Part shown: positions 1 to 8,941 of the stretch, in pieces
Layout of the letters: every line of letters starts with the position of its first letter
Numbering within the stretch: position 1 is the stretch's first letter
Virus record (IMG/VR): IMGVR_UViG_3300033146_004128
Span: 64,001 to 128,000 of that record
Source: a virus
Direction: 5' to 3' (one strand)
Length of the DNA: 64,000 nt
Notes under the pieces: generated by a model
Databases searched by the model: none
What the model was told of the DNA's origin: nothing
The model's input: only the letters and a program-made list of their open reading frames with translations
Made by a program: the position numbers and the translations under genes

Positions 1-1
1 A

Positions 2-466
2 GACAAGAAACTTACAGACAAACTCTATGACTGGATGGAAGACAACCCTGACATATCTCCTGGAGTTGGTATAATCATATATGATGGAGATCACATGAAT
101 GTGGTCAGAGAGGCAGAGAAGAATATTGTCCAGACAAACTATCTTGACATGCTGTGGTCGATAGAGAAGGAAAAGATACTGTATGGGCTTGGTCTATCTA
201 CATCTGCAACTACAGTAGAAGGCACAAGGGACCAAAGAATATCATCAGTATGCCTCAATGCAGATCACAGAATATCTTCAATATCTAAAACAGTATTATT
301 GTCAAGGCTCCGTAATTTTGCAAGAGGGAGGCATCCATCTTCACCAAAATACTCTGTAAACGATTGTGCCGGAACTATCTCGCTCACCCTGCTTCAGGTT
401 GTAGTATATGGAGAACCAGTATTAGATGGAGAGATGAAATCAAGTGGTGGCTGCTCTATACAATAA
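2..466 (+). CDS. Hypothetical protein, 5'-truncated by the window edge
   Basis: Frame is open from base 2 (DKKLTDKLYDWMED...) to TAA at 464-466, so the true start lies upstream of the window. No confident motif. Confidence 0.6.
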   Translation, partial: DKKLTDKLYDWMEDNPDISPGVGIIIYDGDHMNVVREAEKNIVQTNYLDMLWSIEKEKILYGLGLSTSATTVEGTRDQRISSVCLNADHRISSISKTVLLSRLRNFARGRHPSSPKYSVNDCAGTISLTLLQVVVYGEPVLDGEMKSSGGCSIQ

Positions 467-496
467 AAAAGTAGGGTTAGATTTATCTACTTATTT

Positions 497-505
497 TGTT
501 ATAAT
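497..505 (+). promoter_or_regulatory. Extended -10 promoter element (TGtTATAAT)
   Basis: Exact TGnTATAAT in the intergenic gap, 50 nt upstream of ATG 556 and its AAGGA RBS. No canonical -35 seen. Confidence 0.7.
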
Positions 506-513
506 AGCAGAAC

Positions 514-531
514 ATGTATTGGCCAATACAT
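514..531. repeat. Perfect 18-bp palindrome ATGTATTGGCCAATACAT (candidate operator or 5' RNA hairpin)
   Basis: ATGTATTGG followed directly by its reverse complement CCAATACAT, 8 nt downstream of the -10 hexamer. Confidence 0.75.
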
Positions 532-555
532 CTATAAAACAACTGAAGGAATGAC

Positions 556-1632
556 ATGAAGATCACAAAACATGTTGACTTTGACAGTCTCCTATCTAAA
601 ACAGCATCAAGAGAAGATATAATTGAAGCCCTAAAGATAGATGATGAACTTAAAGATCAGCAGAATGATAAGACAGCAGAGACTAAATCGGAAAAAGCTA
701 TGGCAGACACAGCTCAAGTGGGTGCACTCGGAGCAGGTGCAGTAGCATACGCAGGACATGCAAGAGCTAAGAAGCAGCTGGGCAAGCTTGGTAAGAAGCT
801 CAAGAAAGCCAAAGATGCAGAAGCATATGCATCAAGACCTTTGGGACAAAAAGTGAAAGATTACTTTTCCGACATGATAAAAGGTCCTAAGAAGAAGAAG
901 CCTCTAAGTGAGAAGATCATGAAGAAGATGAACAAGGTTAACGCTAGAGGCAAAAAAGGTGCGCTTGTTGCTATGGGAGCAGCCGGTACTACAGCAGCCA
1001 TTGGTGCATACAGATCATACAAAGGCAACAAGGACAGCCAGGGAAAGCTTGACAAGACTGCGGCCTCAGAAGAAGTTCGTGGTCAGATTGCCAATGATGT
1101 AGAGAGAGATAGTACACCTGAGGGTGGTGCCAAGTATAGAGGTACTCAGGGTGCAATCGTTGGTGGACTTGCAGGGTTTATGCATGGTGTGTCAAAGAAG
1201 AGCCCAATCAAAGGCAAGAAAGCAAAAATTGTAAGAGGGCTATGGCACGGAACATCTGGAGCAGTATGGGCAGGCGGTGCCGCTGGTGCAACTACCTATG
1301 CTAAAAAGAAGCTAATGCCTGACAGCGCAGAAGACAAGCAGAAAGAGTTTGAAAGCAGATTGGAGAAGAGAGCATCTGTTCCTATCGCTGTAAAAACAAC
1401 ACAAAAAGGGAAAGGTCTCGTAGCTGCCATATCAGGGCTATTCAAGAAGAAAACTAAGCCAACACTTAACCAAGGAAGAATAGCCAAAAGCCCTCAACAG
1501 AGAAAGCTTGAAGCTCAAGCAGCAAGCAAGAAGAGGAGCGTAAAGAAGATCAATTACGGTGAAGCTTACAGTATGGACAACAACTATAAAGACTTACAGA
1601 AGATGAGAGGAATACAAAGCAGATGGTCGTAG
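556..1632 (+). CDS. Lys/Ala-rich protein with repeated glycine-zipper hydrophobic segments and K-x-A motifs; putative internal virion/ejection protein
   Basis: 358 aa. GALGAGAVAYAG, GALVAMGAAGTTAAIG, GAIVGGLAG, GAVWAGGAAG segments; SKTAS, DKTAE, DKTAAS, EKRAS motifs; AAGGA RBS. Function inferred. Confidence 0.55.
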   Translation: MKITKHVDFDSLLSKTASREDIIEALKIDDELKDQQNDKTAETKSEKAMADTAQVGALGAGAVAYAGHARAKKQLGKLGKKLKKAKDAEAYASRPLGQKVKDYFSDMIKGPKKKKPLSEKIMKKMNKVNARGKKGALVAMGAAGTTAAIGAYRSYKGNKDSQGKLDKTAASEEVRGQIANDVERDSTPEGGAKYRGTQGAIVGGLAGFMHGVSKKSPIKGKKAKIVRGLWHGTSGAVWAGGAAGATTYAKKKLMPDSAEDKQKEFESRLEKRASVPIAVKTTQKGKGLVAAISGLFKKKTKPTLNQGRIAKSPQQRKLEAQAASKKRSVKKINYGEAYSMDNNYKDLQKMRGIQSRWS

Positions 1633-1928
1633 AAAAACAAGCCTCAACAGCAACAGGCAGAAGAGTTGCAGAACTTATGGGCATGGGGCAAGCGTCTCGT
1701 GCCACTAAGGTATTACGAAAGAGTATGGGAACAAAGCATGTCAGCACAGGTGATGTCCTTCGCACTAAGTCTATTCGAAAAGTGAAGAAAGAAGAGATAC
1801 CAGGAATAGGAACACTCAAGACAGTAAAGAGAAATACTCCAAAGGAAGACAAGTCAGTAATAAGACTAAGGTCAGCACGATCAAAGAATAAGCCATTATT
1901 CATACAAGATAAAGTAAGGGGCAAATAA
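1623..1928 (+). CDS. Small highly basic hypothetical protein
   Basis: 101 aa, K/R-rich, EKQAS near the N-terminus, overlaps both neighbours in an operon-like arrangement. Confidence 0.6.
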   Translation: MVVEKQASTATGRRVAELMGMGQASRATKVLRKSMGTKHVSTGDVLRTKSIRKVKKEEIPGIGTLKTVKRNTPKEDKSVIRLRSARSKNKPLFIQDKVRGK

Positions 1929-2893
1929 TGAAATACTCGGTAAGAAATACCAAGGCATTAGAGAAGAGAGCAGGCACAGTAGTAAATATCCATAATGGAG
2001 ACAGCAACAAAGATGATACTCCAAAGGGAGAGAACGCAGTAACTAAGGGACTAAGAGCAGGTGCCGGTGCTGGTGCTGCTGCCACTGTTGCGAGAGGTGT
2101 CATAGAAGATCATGAGGGTGACACAGTCCTTGGTCATGCTAAGAAGCTAAAGCAACACAAGGCTGATGCCAAGAAGAATGCAGAGAAGGCAAGTGCTGCC
2201 AAAGAGAAAGCTCACTCATTAAAAGACAAGTGGTTTGCATGGGGAGAGAAGTCTAAAGCTCAGAAGAACTACAGGTTCTACAAGAGTAGAGAGAAGAACT
2301 ATGCAAATACAGCAAAGAAACTCTCTAAGAAGCTATCTTCTTCAGCACGAGCTAAACTTGCATTGCCGGCATCAGTAGGTTCTGCATTGGCAGGAGCATC
2401 ATACTTCACATCGAACAAAGATGAGAGAGATGAGGCACGTAAAGCTAAAGAGCAGAAGTCACTAAAAAAGACAGCAGCAGAGAAGAAGAAAGACCAGACA
2501 GCCAATAAGGTTGGAGCAGCACTTGCAGGAACTGTTGCCGGTGGTGGAGTTCTTGGTGGATACTCTGCATACAAAGGTGCACAGGATAAAGAAGATGGCA
2601 AGAACAATGTAGGTAAGCACGCTGCAGGTCACGCTGCATTAGGTGGAGCTGTTACATACAAAGCTGTAAGCAGTATGGAAAAAGCTCATAACGCAGCAGT
2701 AGATGCACATAACAAGAAGCTAAGGAATACATTCAAGCAGGTTGGTAAACTGAAGATAGGGAAAGGTAAGGTTGCTGCCGTAGGAGCAGGAATTACTGGA
2801 GCACTCGGAGCAGGAAGATATGCTGCAGGAAGATTATTCACAGATACTCAAGCGAAAGACAAGACAAAGTCTGTAGCGAAAAAGGAAAAATAG
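1928..2893 (+). CDS. Lys/Ala-rich glycine-zipper protein, paralog-like to 556-1632; putative internal virion/ejection protein
   Basis: 321 aa. GLRAGAGAGAAA, VGAALAGTVAGGGVLGG, VAAVGAGITGALGAG segments; EKRAG and KKTAA motifs; TAATG overlap with upstream gene. Confidence 0.55.
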   Translation: MKYSVRNTKALEKRAGTVVNIHNGDSNKDDTPKGENAVTKGLRAGAGAGAAATVARGVIEDHEGDTVLGHAKKLKQHKADAKKNAEKASAAKEKAHSLKDKWFAWGEKSKAQKNYRFYKSREKNYANTAKKLSKKLSSSARAKLALPASVGSALAGASYFTSNKDERDEARKAKEQKSLKKTAAEKKKDQTANKVGAALAGTVAGGGVLGGYSAYKGAQDKEDGKNNVGKHAAGHAALGGAVTYKAVSSMEKAHNAAVDAHNKKLRNTFKQVGKLKIGKGKVAAVGAGITGALGAGRYAAGRLFTDTQAKDKTKSVAKKEK

Positions 2894-5302
2894 ATGAAAA
2901 GTCAAGTAACATCGAAGTTAACACAGCTCATCAATGATGAGGCAATGAAACAACTGGCAGACAACTATCATGAGTTGTTGCCTAAGCTCATAAAGATAGA
3001 TATAGATCACATCGAAGAAGATATGTCGTATGCTGTAGGTGCTGCCTATTTCATGATTGACAAGAGAATTATCTTTACTCCTATTATATACAGAGACGGA
3101 GCTGTTGACTCTATCTCTTATATAGGTGACACAGAGAACGAGACTCTATATGGTCTCACAAAGAGAATGTATAAGAGACTCATCAGTTCATCTAAGACAG
3201 AGTTTGGTAAAGCATTGTCAGAGAAAGAGCAAGAGAGACTTCTTATTGATAAAGGTATCATTGGAAGACTGTTCGCTACACCTCAGACAATATCTCCAAA
3301 GGTTGCCAGTGATGAGAACTACGAAGATAACATCATCATCGATATGCTAGACAGCCCTATCTTTGCAAAGTCTTTCGAGAAGTTGGCATCAATGCCTGCA
3401 TACAGAGAAGTACTTAACAAGGTGTATGGAGACAGAGTGTTTGAGAAGCTGGCGTCAGTCAACACCCTCCATAAGCTTGCATCTATAGATAGAGATGAAG
3501 ATGGATCAATGACATTCAACAGTATCTCTGATCTAAACTCTCTTCCTAAGAACAAGCGTGGTGAAGCAGCAATGGCTATTGCGAAAGAAGGCTTCTACAA
3601 GGTAGCATCAGCAGAGCCTACAAAGTCAGTTGCATTGAGGATCCCTACCATGGGAGAGCTTTTGATGAAGGCAAAGTCTAAGCTAGAGGTTCTTACAGAG
3701 CCAGGTATCTATAATGCTATTACGAAAGACCTTCGTCTTGTTCCTGCTATAGTTGCAAGACATGGGTCAGGGAATAAGAACTATATCTACTACCATGACA
3801 GTACAGCACTGGTTCAGAATGGTAGTCAAGAGCCAAGAAGCAAGAGGGGTGCATACAATTCACCTGAGAACCTTACTGGGTATCTAGGTATGGAGGCAGG
3901 TGCATTCAATGATGATCCTAGAAGTCATATCATATCTGTGTTTGGAGAAGAGAGAAAGCCTGTCAATGCAGACAAGTTGGTTATAACAGCATCGAAAGAT
4001 GACATCATTGTATACTCTATCAACAGTGTTACGAGAGTTGGAAAAGAGATTGTCGTAGATGTATGGTCTGATCCATCATCTGAGTCAATAGTGATAGGTG
4101 AAGCATACGGATACACCAAGAAGGAAAATACTACATACATACATCCTAACCATGTTCTGTTCCTAGGCAGGAAGTCAGGTCTCTCTCATGTAGGAGAGAG
4201 GAATAAAGCACACCCTCTGTCAGAGCTTATGACTACTGATGATATAGACAGTGCCTTTGTGAAGACAGCATCGTTTGATGTTACTTACTCTGCAGGTAGA
4301 TATTTCTATGGTAATGAGAGGCTAAGTAAGCCTGAATTAATCAATGAGTTAAGAGAAACTGGGTATGATAACGAAAGTATAAGCACGATTGTTAAAACAG
4401 CTCAGGACGCAGGCGGTATGCCTGTTGACTTCAACGAGATTTCTCTCACACTGAAGGCTATCCTGTCTGAGATAACTGAATCCAAAATACTCATGACTGA
4501 CTTACGTTCAGCTATGATGGCAGCACAAGGAATTGGAAATGGCGAGACTACAGAACAACCGCAACCGCAGGGGCAACCAGCGCAAACACCACAAGGCAAT
4601 CAGGGGCAACCAGAGCAAGCCACAGGGCAAGAAGGGCAGCCTGCAGGGGCTGATGGACAATCTGACCCAGCAGTTCAGTCTATTATGGAGTTGGCTGCTT
4701 CAGTGGGAGCAGACGGACAAGCGGTACTCCAAGCCGGTCAACAACAAGGTATGGAACCAGCACAAATAGCTCAACAGCTTCAGCAGGAGATATCACAAAT
4801 GCAGGGTGGCGGTGAACAACCACAGCCACAGCAAGGCGCAGGGCAAGGTTCTCCTATGGAGCAAGACATGGCTGCTCAAGGTCAGCAGATGGCAGGACAA
4901 GATCCTAGTCAGATGCAAGGACAAGCACAAAGTCCTCAGGTAGCAGGACAAGATGGTTCAGAGAGAACAACAGAAGAGCTACAACAGCAAGGGTATAACC
5001 CTAACATGACACCGGAGATGTTGGATCAGTTACAGCAGATAGCAGACAAGGATGTTCTTAATGCATCTATCATCTCTTATCTTGTTGACACTCCGGACGC
5101 AAAAGCAGTTACAAGTCAGTATATAGATGATATCACACGAGGTGTTAATGGTCTAGCTAGAACACTTCTTCTAGTAGAGATACAGAGAACATCATTTAAT
5201 GACCAGATTGGAGACAAGCAGTTGAACACATTCTTATCAAGAGGTAAGACACTCCTTAACCGTATGACAGACTTCGTTATAGATGTATCCGTTATAGACT
5301 AA
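2894..5302 (+). CDS. Large hypothetical (probably head-associated) protein with repeated K-[LVT]-A-S motifs and a Gln/Gly/Pro-rich low-complexity region
   Basis: 802 aa. KVAS x2, KLAS x3, KTAS; Q-rich tract about aa 550-705; lies two genes upstream of the portal. Confidence 0.55.
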   Translation: MKSQVTSKLTQLINDEAMKQLADNYHELLPKLIKIDIDHIEEDMSYAVGAAYFMIDKRIIFTPIIYRDGAVDSISYIGDTENETLYGLTKRMYKRLISSSKTEFGKALSEKEQERLLIDKGIIGRLFATPQTISPKVASDENYEDNIIIDMLDSPIFAKSFEKLASMPAYREVLNKVYGDRVFEKLASVNTLHKLASIDRDEDGSMTFNSISDLNSLPKNKRGEAAMAIAKEGFYKVASAEPTKSVALRIPTMGELLMKAKSKLEVLTEPGIYNAITKDLRLVPAIVARHGSGNKNYIYYHDSTALVQNGSQEPRSKRGAYNSPENLTGYLGMEAGAFNDDPRSHIISVFGEERKPVNADKLVITASKDDIIVYSINSVTRVGKEIVVDVWSDPSSESIVIGEAYGYTKKENTTYIHPNHVLFLGRKSGLSHVGERNKAHPLSELMTTDDIDSAFVKTASFDVTYSAGRYFYGNERLSKPELINELRETGYDNESISTIVKTAQDAGGMPVDFNEISLTLKAILSEITESKILMTDLRSAMMAAQGIGNGETTEQPQPQGQPAQTPQGNQGQPEQATGQEGQPAGADGQSDPAVQSIMELAASVGADGQAVLQAGQQQGMEPAQIAQQLQQEISQMQGGGEQPQPQQGAGQGSPMEQDMAAQGQQMAGQDPSQMQGQAQSPQVAGQDGSERTTEELQQQGYNPNMTPEMLDQLQQIADKDVLNASIISYLVDTPDAKAVTSQYIDDITRGVNGLARTLLLVEIQRTSFNDQIGDKQLNTFLSRGKTLLNRMTDFVIDVSVID

Positions 5303-5310
5303 GGGTACTC

Positions 5311-6081
5311 ATGCGGAATCTTTCCATATTTGATGAGGACTTCAACCTCATCCGTGAGCCGGAAGAAGATAATACCTTCGACCTGGCTCTAGAAATCAGC
5401 AACAGACTAAAGGGCAAAACAAAGAAGCTATCTCACGACGCAACAGAATTGCTTGAGGCAGAGCAGGGTAGAATAAGAGGCTCATTCATAAAGCTTATGC
5501 TTTTTGCTGATGCACAAATAGAAACCATAGCAGCATGTATGGATATGAAAGAAGAACTTGTAGTAGCCTATAAAGAGATTTTCTTTGATACTTCACTTAT
5601 TCGTGGACAGCTTGGTAAGACAGAGATGTATGAAGACATGCTATACAAGTATGACGATGGTACACAACAGTTCAATTTCGCTACAATGCTAAGAGACGCT
5701 CACTTAGGTGGTCCGGACATCGTAATGGCACAGTTTAATATAGAGCTAGATGCATACGGTGTAGCATCCTATAAAGATAGAGAGCAGAAGTATATGATGT
5801 GGCAACTCAAGGATACAGACAGAGGAAGTAGGGACTACATCACTCTCAATGATCAAATGAGGGCAAGAAAAGCTGTCTTGACCACAATCAAAGAGGCTGC
5901 TGCAACAAACGGACATCACAAGATGTCAGACCTTGCATCTCTTGTCAGAATCATAGAGACAATGAGTGAAGAGAGTATGGGTGTTGGAGAGATTGAAGTA
6001 AGATCATACGACATAGAGACAGACACAGTCATGGAAGCAGATTTATTGCCAGCACCTACAGAAGGAAGTACAGATGAATAG
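5311..6081 (+). CDS. Hypothetical helical protein immediately upstream of the portal
   Basis: 256 aa ORF with a possible HTH-like segment (QIETIAACMDMKEELVVAYKEIFFD). Function not assignable; a small terminase is one possibility. Confidence 0.55.
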   Translation: MRNLSIFDEDFNLIREPEEDNTFDLALEISNRLKGKTKKLSHDATELLEAEQGRIRGSFIKLMLFADAQIETIAACMDMKEELVVAYKEIFFDTSLIRGQLGKTEMYEDMLYKYDDGTQQFNFATMLRDAHLGGPDIVMAQFNIELDAYGVASYKDREQKYMMWQLKDTDRGSRDYITLNDQMRARKAVLTTIKEAAATNGHHKMSDLASLVRIIETMSEESMGVGEIEVRSYDIETDTVMEADLLPAPTEGSTDE

Positions 6082-6105
6082 TAAAAAAACAACAGGAGAT
6101 ATGTA

Positions 6106-7935
6106 ATGGGATCAACGTTTAGTGGAAAATTATACGACAGAAGGTTTATGGGTAAGTATAATAACCTATCCAGTGTATACGCAGACATTCTGCCAAATGA
6201 TATCAAGGAAGTCATACAGTGGTCAGAGTTCATTGTAGCAAACGTACCTACTGTAGCATCAGCATTGGACAAGATGTCAAGTGTTGCCATTACAGCTCTA
6301 CAGTATATGACGTCAGACCTTACAGAGATGTCTTCGACAGACGCTAAGTCATGGAAGAATATCCTTGAAGAAGAAATGGACATAGAAGAGAAGCTACAAG
6401 AGATAGGGTTCAACTATCTTCTTAACGGTAACGTATTCCTATCTGTGTTCTTCCCAGTACATAGAACTGTTACATGCATGAAGTGCAAGACTTCACTGTC
6501 ACAGGAGAGATTCTCTTCAGTAAGCAAACTGAAGCCAGAGATGGAAGAGATGCTAGTGCAGAACAATGGTAAGAGAGACGGAAAGAAGATGCCAGGAGAG
6601 AAACAGCACTCAAAGAAGAAGGTGTTGGTATTCAAGGGTGCTTGTCCTGCCTGTGCATCAAAGTCAATATTCACCATACAGGACATAAAGGTGAAGAATA
6701 TGCAAGGGGTAAATGTTGTTAACTGGCCTGTGAACAGTATGAACTTCGTATCTGACAACATCACAGGTAGGAGTACATATTACTACAAGATGCCAAACTC
6801 AACAAAGAAGATGATCACTTCAGGGTTCCTTGACATGCTATTCCATCAGCCATTAGATATGATAGAGTCAGCAGTAAACAATACAGCAGTAAAGTTTGAT
6901 CAGGATAAGATTCTACATATAAAGAGAAAGAAGATGTCCGGGACAAACACAGGATGGGGAATGCCTATACTTACCTCATCGATACCAGAGATGATCTCTC
7001 TACTCTTGCTTAGAAAGTCTCAAGAGAGAATACTATCGGATATGATATTCCCGTTACGAGGATTGTCACCAAGGGCAGCAGGGTCTGATGGTAACGCAGT
7101 GTACAACTTCATGTCCGGAAGTGACCTGACGAAGAAGGTAGAGGCTATTCTGATGCAACATAAGAACAATCCTACCTCTGTAAAGTTCTTCCCTATACCT
7201 CTAGACCAAGTGAATGCATTCGGAGAGGGTAAGGCACTCAACCTAAGCGAAGAGATAGACCAGATATCTACAATGATTATGACTTCTATTGGTGTACCTA
7301 TTGAGTTCGTAAAAGGTGGTCTTGGATATACAGCTGCCGGTGCATCTATTAGAGTGCTTGAAAACCAGTTGATGGGACTAACAAACTCTATGGAGAAGGT
7401 AGCAAACTTTGTAGCCAAGCAGATAGCAACATTCACAGATAAGAAACAGGTAAGGATTAAGATTACTCCATTCAGAATCATCGATGACCTTGCAGAGAAG
7501 CAAATCTTACTTCAAATGTACCAAGGACAGAAAGTATCAGATCACACTATGGCATCTATGTTCAAGCTCGATGCGAAGACAGAGAACGACAGAATGGAAG
7601 AGGAAGCAAAAGCAGGTGCAAGAACACAGGCTGCTGTGCAAGAGTATATGCAGAACATATCTCAGAACCTCGAAGAGAAGGCAAAGACAGAGGCTATGCT
7701 ATCTCAGAGTTCTACTCAGCAAGTCAATCAACAAGCTATCATGCAAGAGGCAGATCAGATGGCAGCACAGTTACAGCAGATGGAATCCGGGCAGCGTAAG
7801 TCAGAGATGGATCGTCTTCAGAAAGAGAACTGGCTATTATATGTTGCTACTAAGGAACGCATGGAGTTCAATGGTCGCAAGGACGCTACACAGGCTGCGC
7901 AACAACAACAAGCTGAACAGCAAGGAGGAATGTAA
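6106..7935 (+). CDS. Phage portal protein with a CxxC...CxxC insertion
   Basis: 609 aa with portal-like layout: PTVASALDKMSS helix, ILHIK...GWGMP motif, IMTSIGVPIEFVKGG stem helix, Q/E-rich helical C-terminus. AGGAG RBS. Confidence 0.7.
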   Translation: MGSTFSGKLYDRRFMGKYNNLSSVYADILPNDIKEVIQWSEFIVANVPTVASALDKMSSVAITALQYMTSDLTEMSSTDAKSWKNILEEEMDIEEKLQEIGFNYLLNGNVFLSVFFPVHRTVTCMKCKTSLSQERFSSVSKLKPEMEEMLVQNNGKRDGKKMPGEKQHSKKKVLVFKGACPACASKSIFTIQDIKVKNMQGVNVVNWPVNSMNFVSDNITGRSTYYYKMPNSTKKMITSGFLDMLFHQPLDMIESAVNNTAVKFDQDKILHIKRKKMSGTNTGWGMPILTSSIPEMISLLLLRKSQERILSDMIFPLRGLSPRAAGSDGNAVYNFMSGSDLTKKVEAILMQHKNNPTSVKFFPIPLDQVNAFGEGKALNLSEEIDQISTMIMTSIGVPIEFVKGGLGYTAAGASIRVLENQLMGLTNSMEKVANFVAKQIATFTDKKQVRIKITPFRIIDDLAEKQILLQMYQGQKVSDHTMASMFKLDAKTENDRMEEEAKAGARTQAAVQEYMQNISQNLEEKAKTEAMLSQSSTQQVNQQAIMQEADQMAAQLQQMESGQRKSEMDRLQKENWLLYVATKERMEFNGRKDATQAAQQQQAEQQGGM

Positions 7936-8132
7936 TGAGCAAGAAGAAGATAACATCAGTAAGCATACCATGTAGGGGACTTAAGCCTTCTAAGACAAGA
8001 GGGTTTAGTTGTAAGCAAGAAGTTAAGACAGCAAAGCAATTCATCACAACTCACAGAGCTAGATCTAAGGGATACGATTCACTATCTGACATTCCCGTAT
8101 CTATTCATAAATTTATAGACTCAACAGGATAA
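7935..8132 (+). CDS. Small basic hypothetical protein
   Basis: 65 aa, TAATG-coupled to the portal stop, fills the gap exactly, contains THRARSKGY. Confidence 0.6.
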   Translation: MSKKKITSVSIPCRGLKPSKTRGFSCKQEVKTAKQFITTHRARSKGYDSLSDIPVSIHKFIDSTG

Positions 8133-8136
8133 CATA

Positions 8137-8919
8137 ATGGCAAAAGACAAAAGCGTAAAGAAGAAAGAAGATAGAGAGTTAACCTTTGGTGAGAAGGTTC
8201 TTGGTTTTGGTGCTGGGTCAATCGCAGGTGGTGCAGTAGGACTTGGAGGTCAGATAGGAATAACGCTTGGAACAATAAAGGCTATGAACTCTAATCGTGG
8301 AGAGAAGTTTGACATGGAGAAGCTTCGTAAGAGCGTAACAGGAAAATCAAAAGATGGTTCCCTGGTCATGATTGACAATAAGTCACCACTATCATCACAT
8401 TATGCATCAAAACATGTAATCGATGCAGGAGGCGCTCCTCTTGGTAGGAAGAGTGGAGGAAAGAGATACGTCTCTTCACCACATGATAATGCAGCCATAA
8501 CAGCTCACGAGTTAGCACACTCGTCAAGTAAGTTCGTAAATCATAAGGCTGGTGCCGTAGCGTACGGACTATCAACTCTTGGAACTGCAGGTGCTCTACC
8601 TATAGCAGCAATGATACAAGGAGCAAGAGGTGAAGATCTAACCAAGACAGAAGCAGCAGGAATGCTCGGTGTATCTGCTCCTATGTTATATGAAGAGAGT
8701 AGAGCAAACATAAAAGCTTTCCAGGCATTAAGAAAGATGAAGCATAGAGACGGTCTATTGAGAGCATCTCTTCCGCTTATTGGATCTCAGCTGTCATATA
8801 CTGGGATGGCTGCGCTTCCATTTGCAATACGAAAAGGTGCTAAGACCGCTAGAGAGTATGTAGACAAGAATATTGTAGACCCAAATTCATCTACTAGCAA
8901 CTTGGCCTCTGCTCTATAG
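8137..8919 (+). CDS. Putative membrane-associated zinc metallopeptidase (zincin/gluzincin-like)
   Basis: AITAHELAH (HExxH) followed by YEESRAN (candidate third ligand Glu), hydrophobic helices, N-terminal glycine zipper. The layout resembles YugP-like neutral zinc peptidases. Confidence 0.65.
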   Translation: MAKDKSVKKKEDRELTFGEKVLGFGAGSIAGGAVGLGGQIGITLGTIKAMNSNRGEKFDMEKLRKSVTGKSKDGSLVMIDNKSPLSSHYASKHVIDAGGAPLGRKSGGKRYVSSPHDNAAITAHELAHSSSKFVNHKAGAVAYGLSTLGTAGALPIAAMIQGARGEDLTKTEAAGMLGVSAPMLYEESRANIKAFQALRKMKHRDGLLRASLPLIGSQLSYTGMAALPFAIRKGAKTAREYVDKNIVDPNSSTSNLASAL

Positions 8920-8941
8920 TATTTGAATATGGAAAGAAATA

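Noticed and set aside
467-496. Possible terminator AAGTAG...CTACTT after the first ORF
   Set aside because: Weak AT-rich 6-bp stem with a 12-nt loop; not convincing.
2894-5302. Major capsid protein call for the 802-aa ORF
   Set aside because: No HK97-fold sequence pattern recognised, and the large Q-rich disordered region argues against it.
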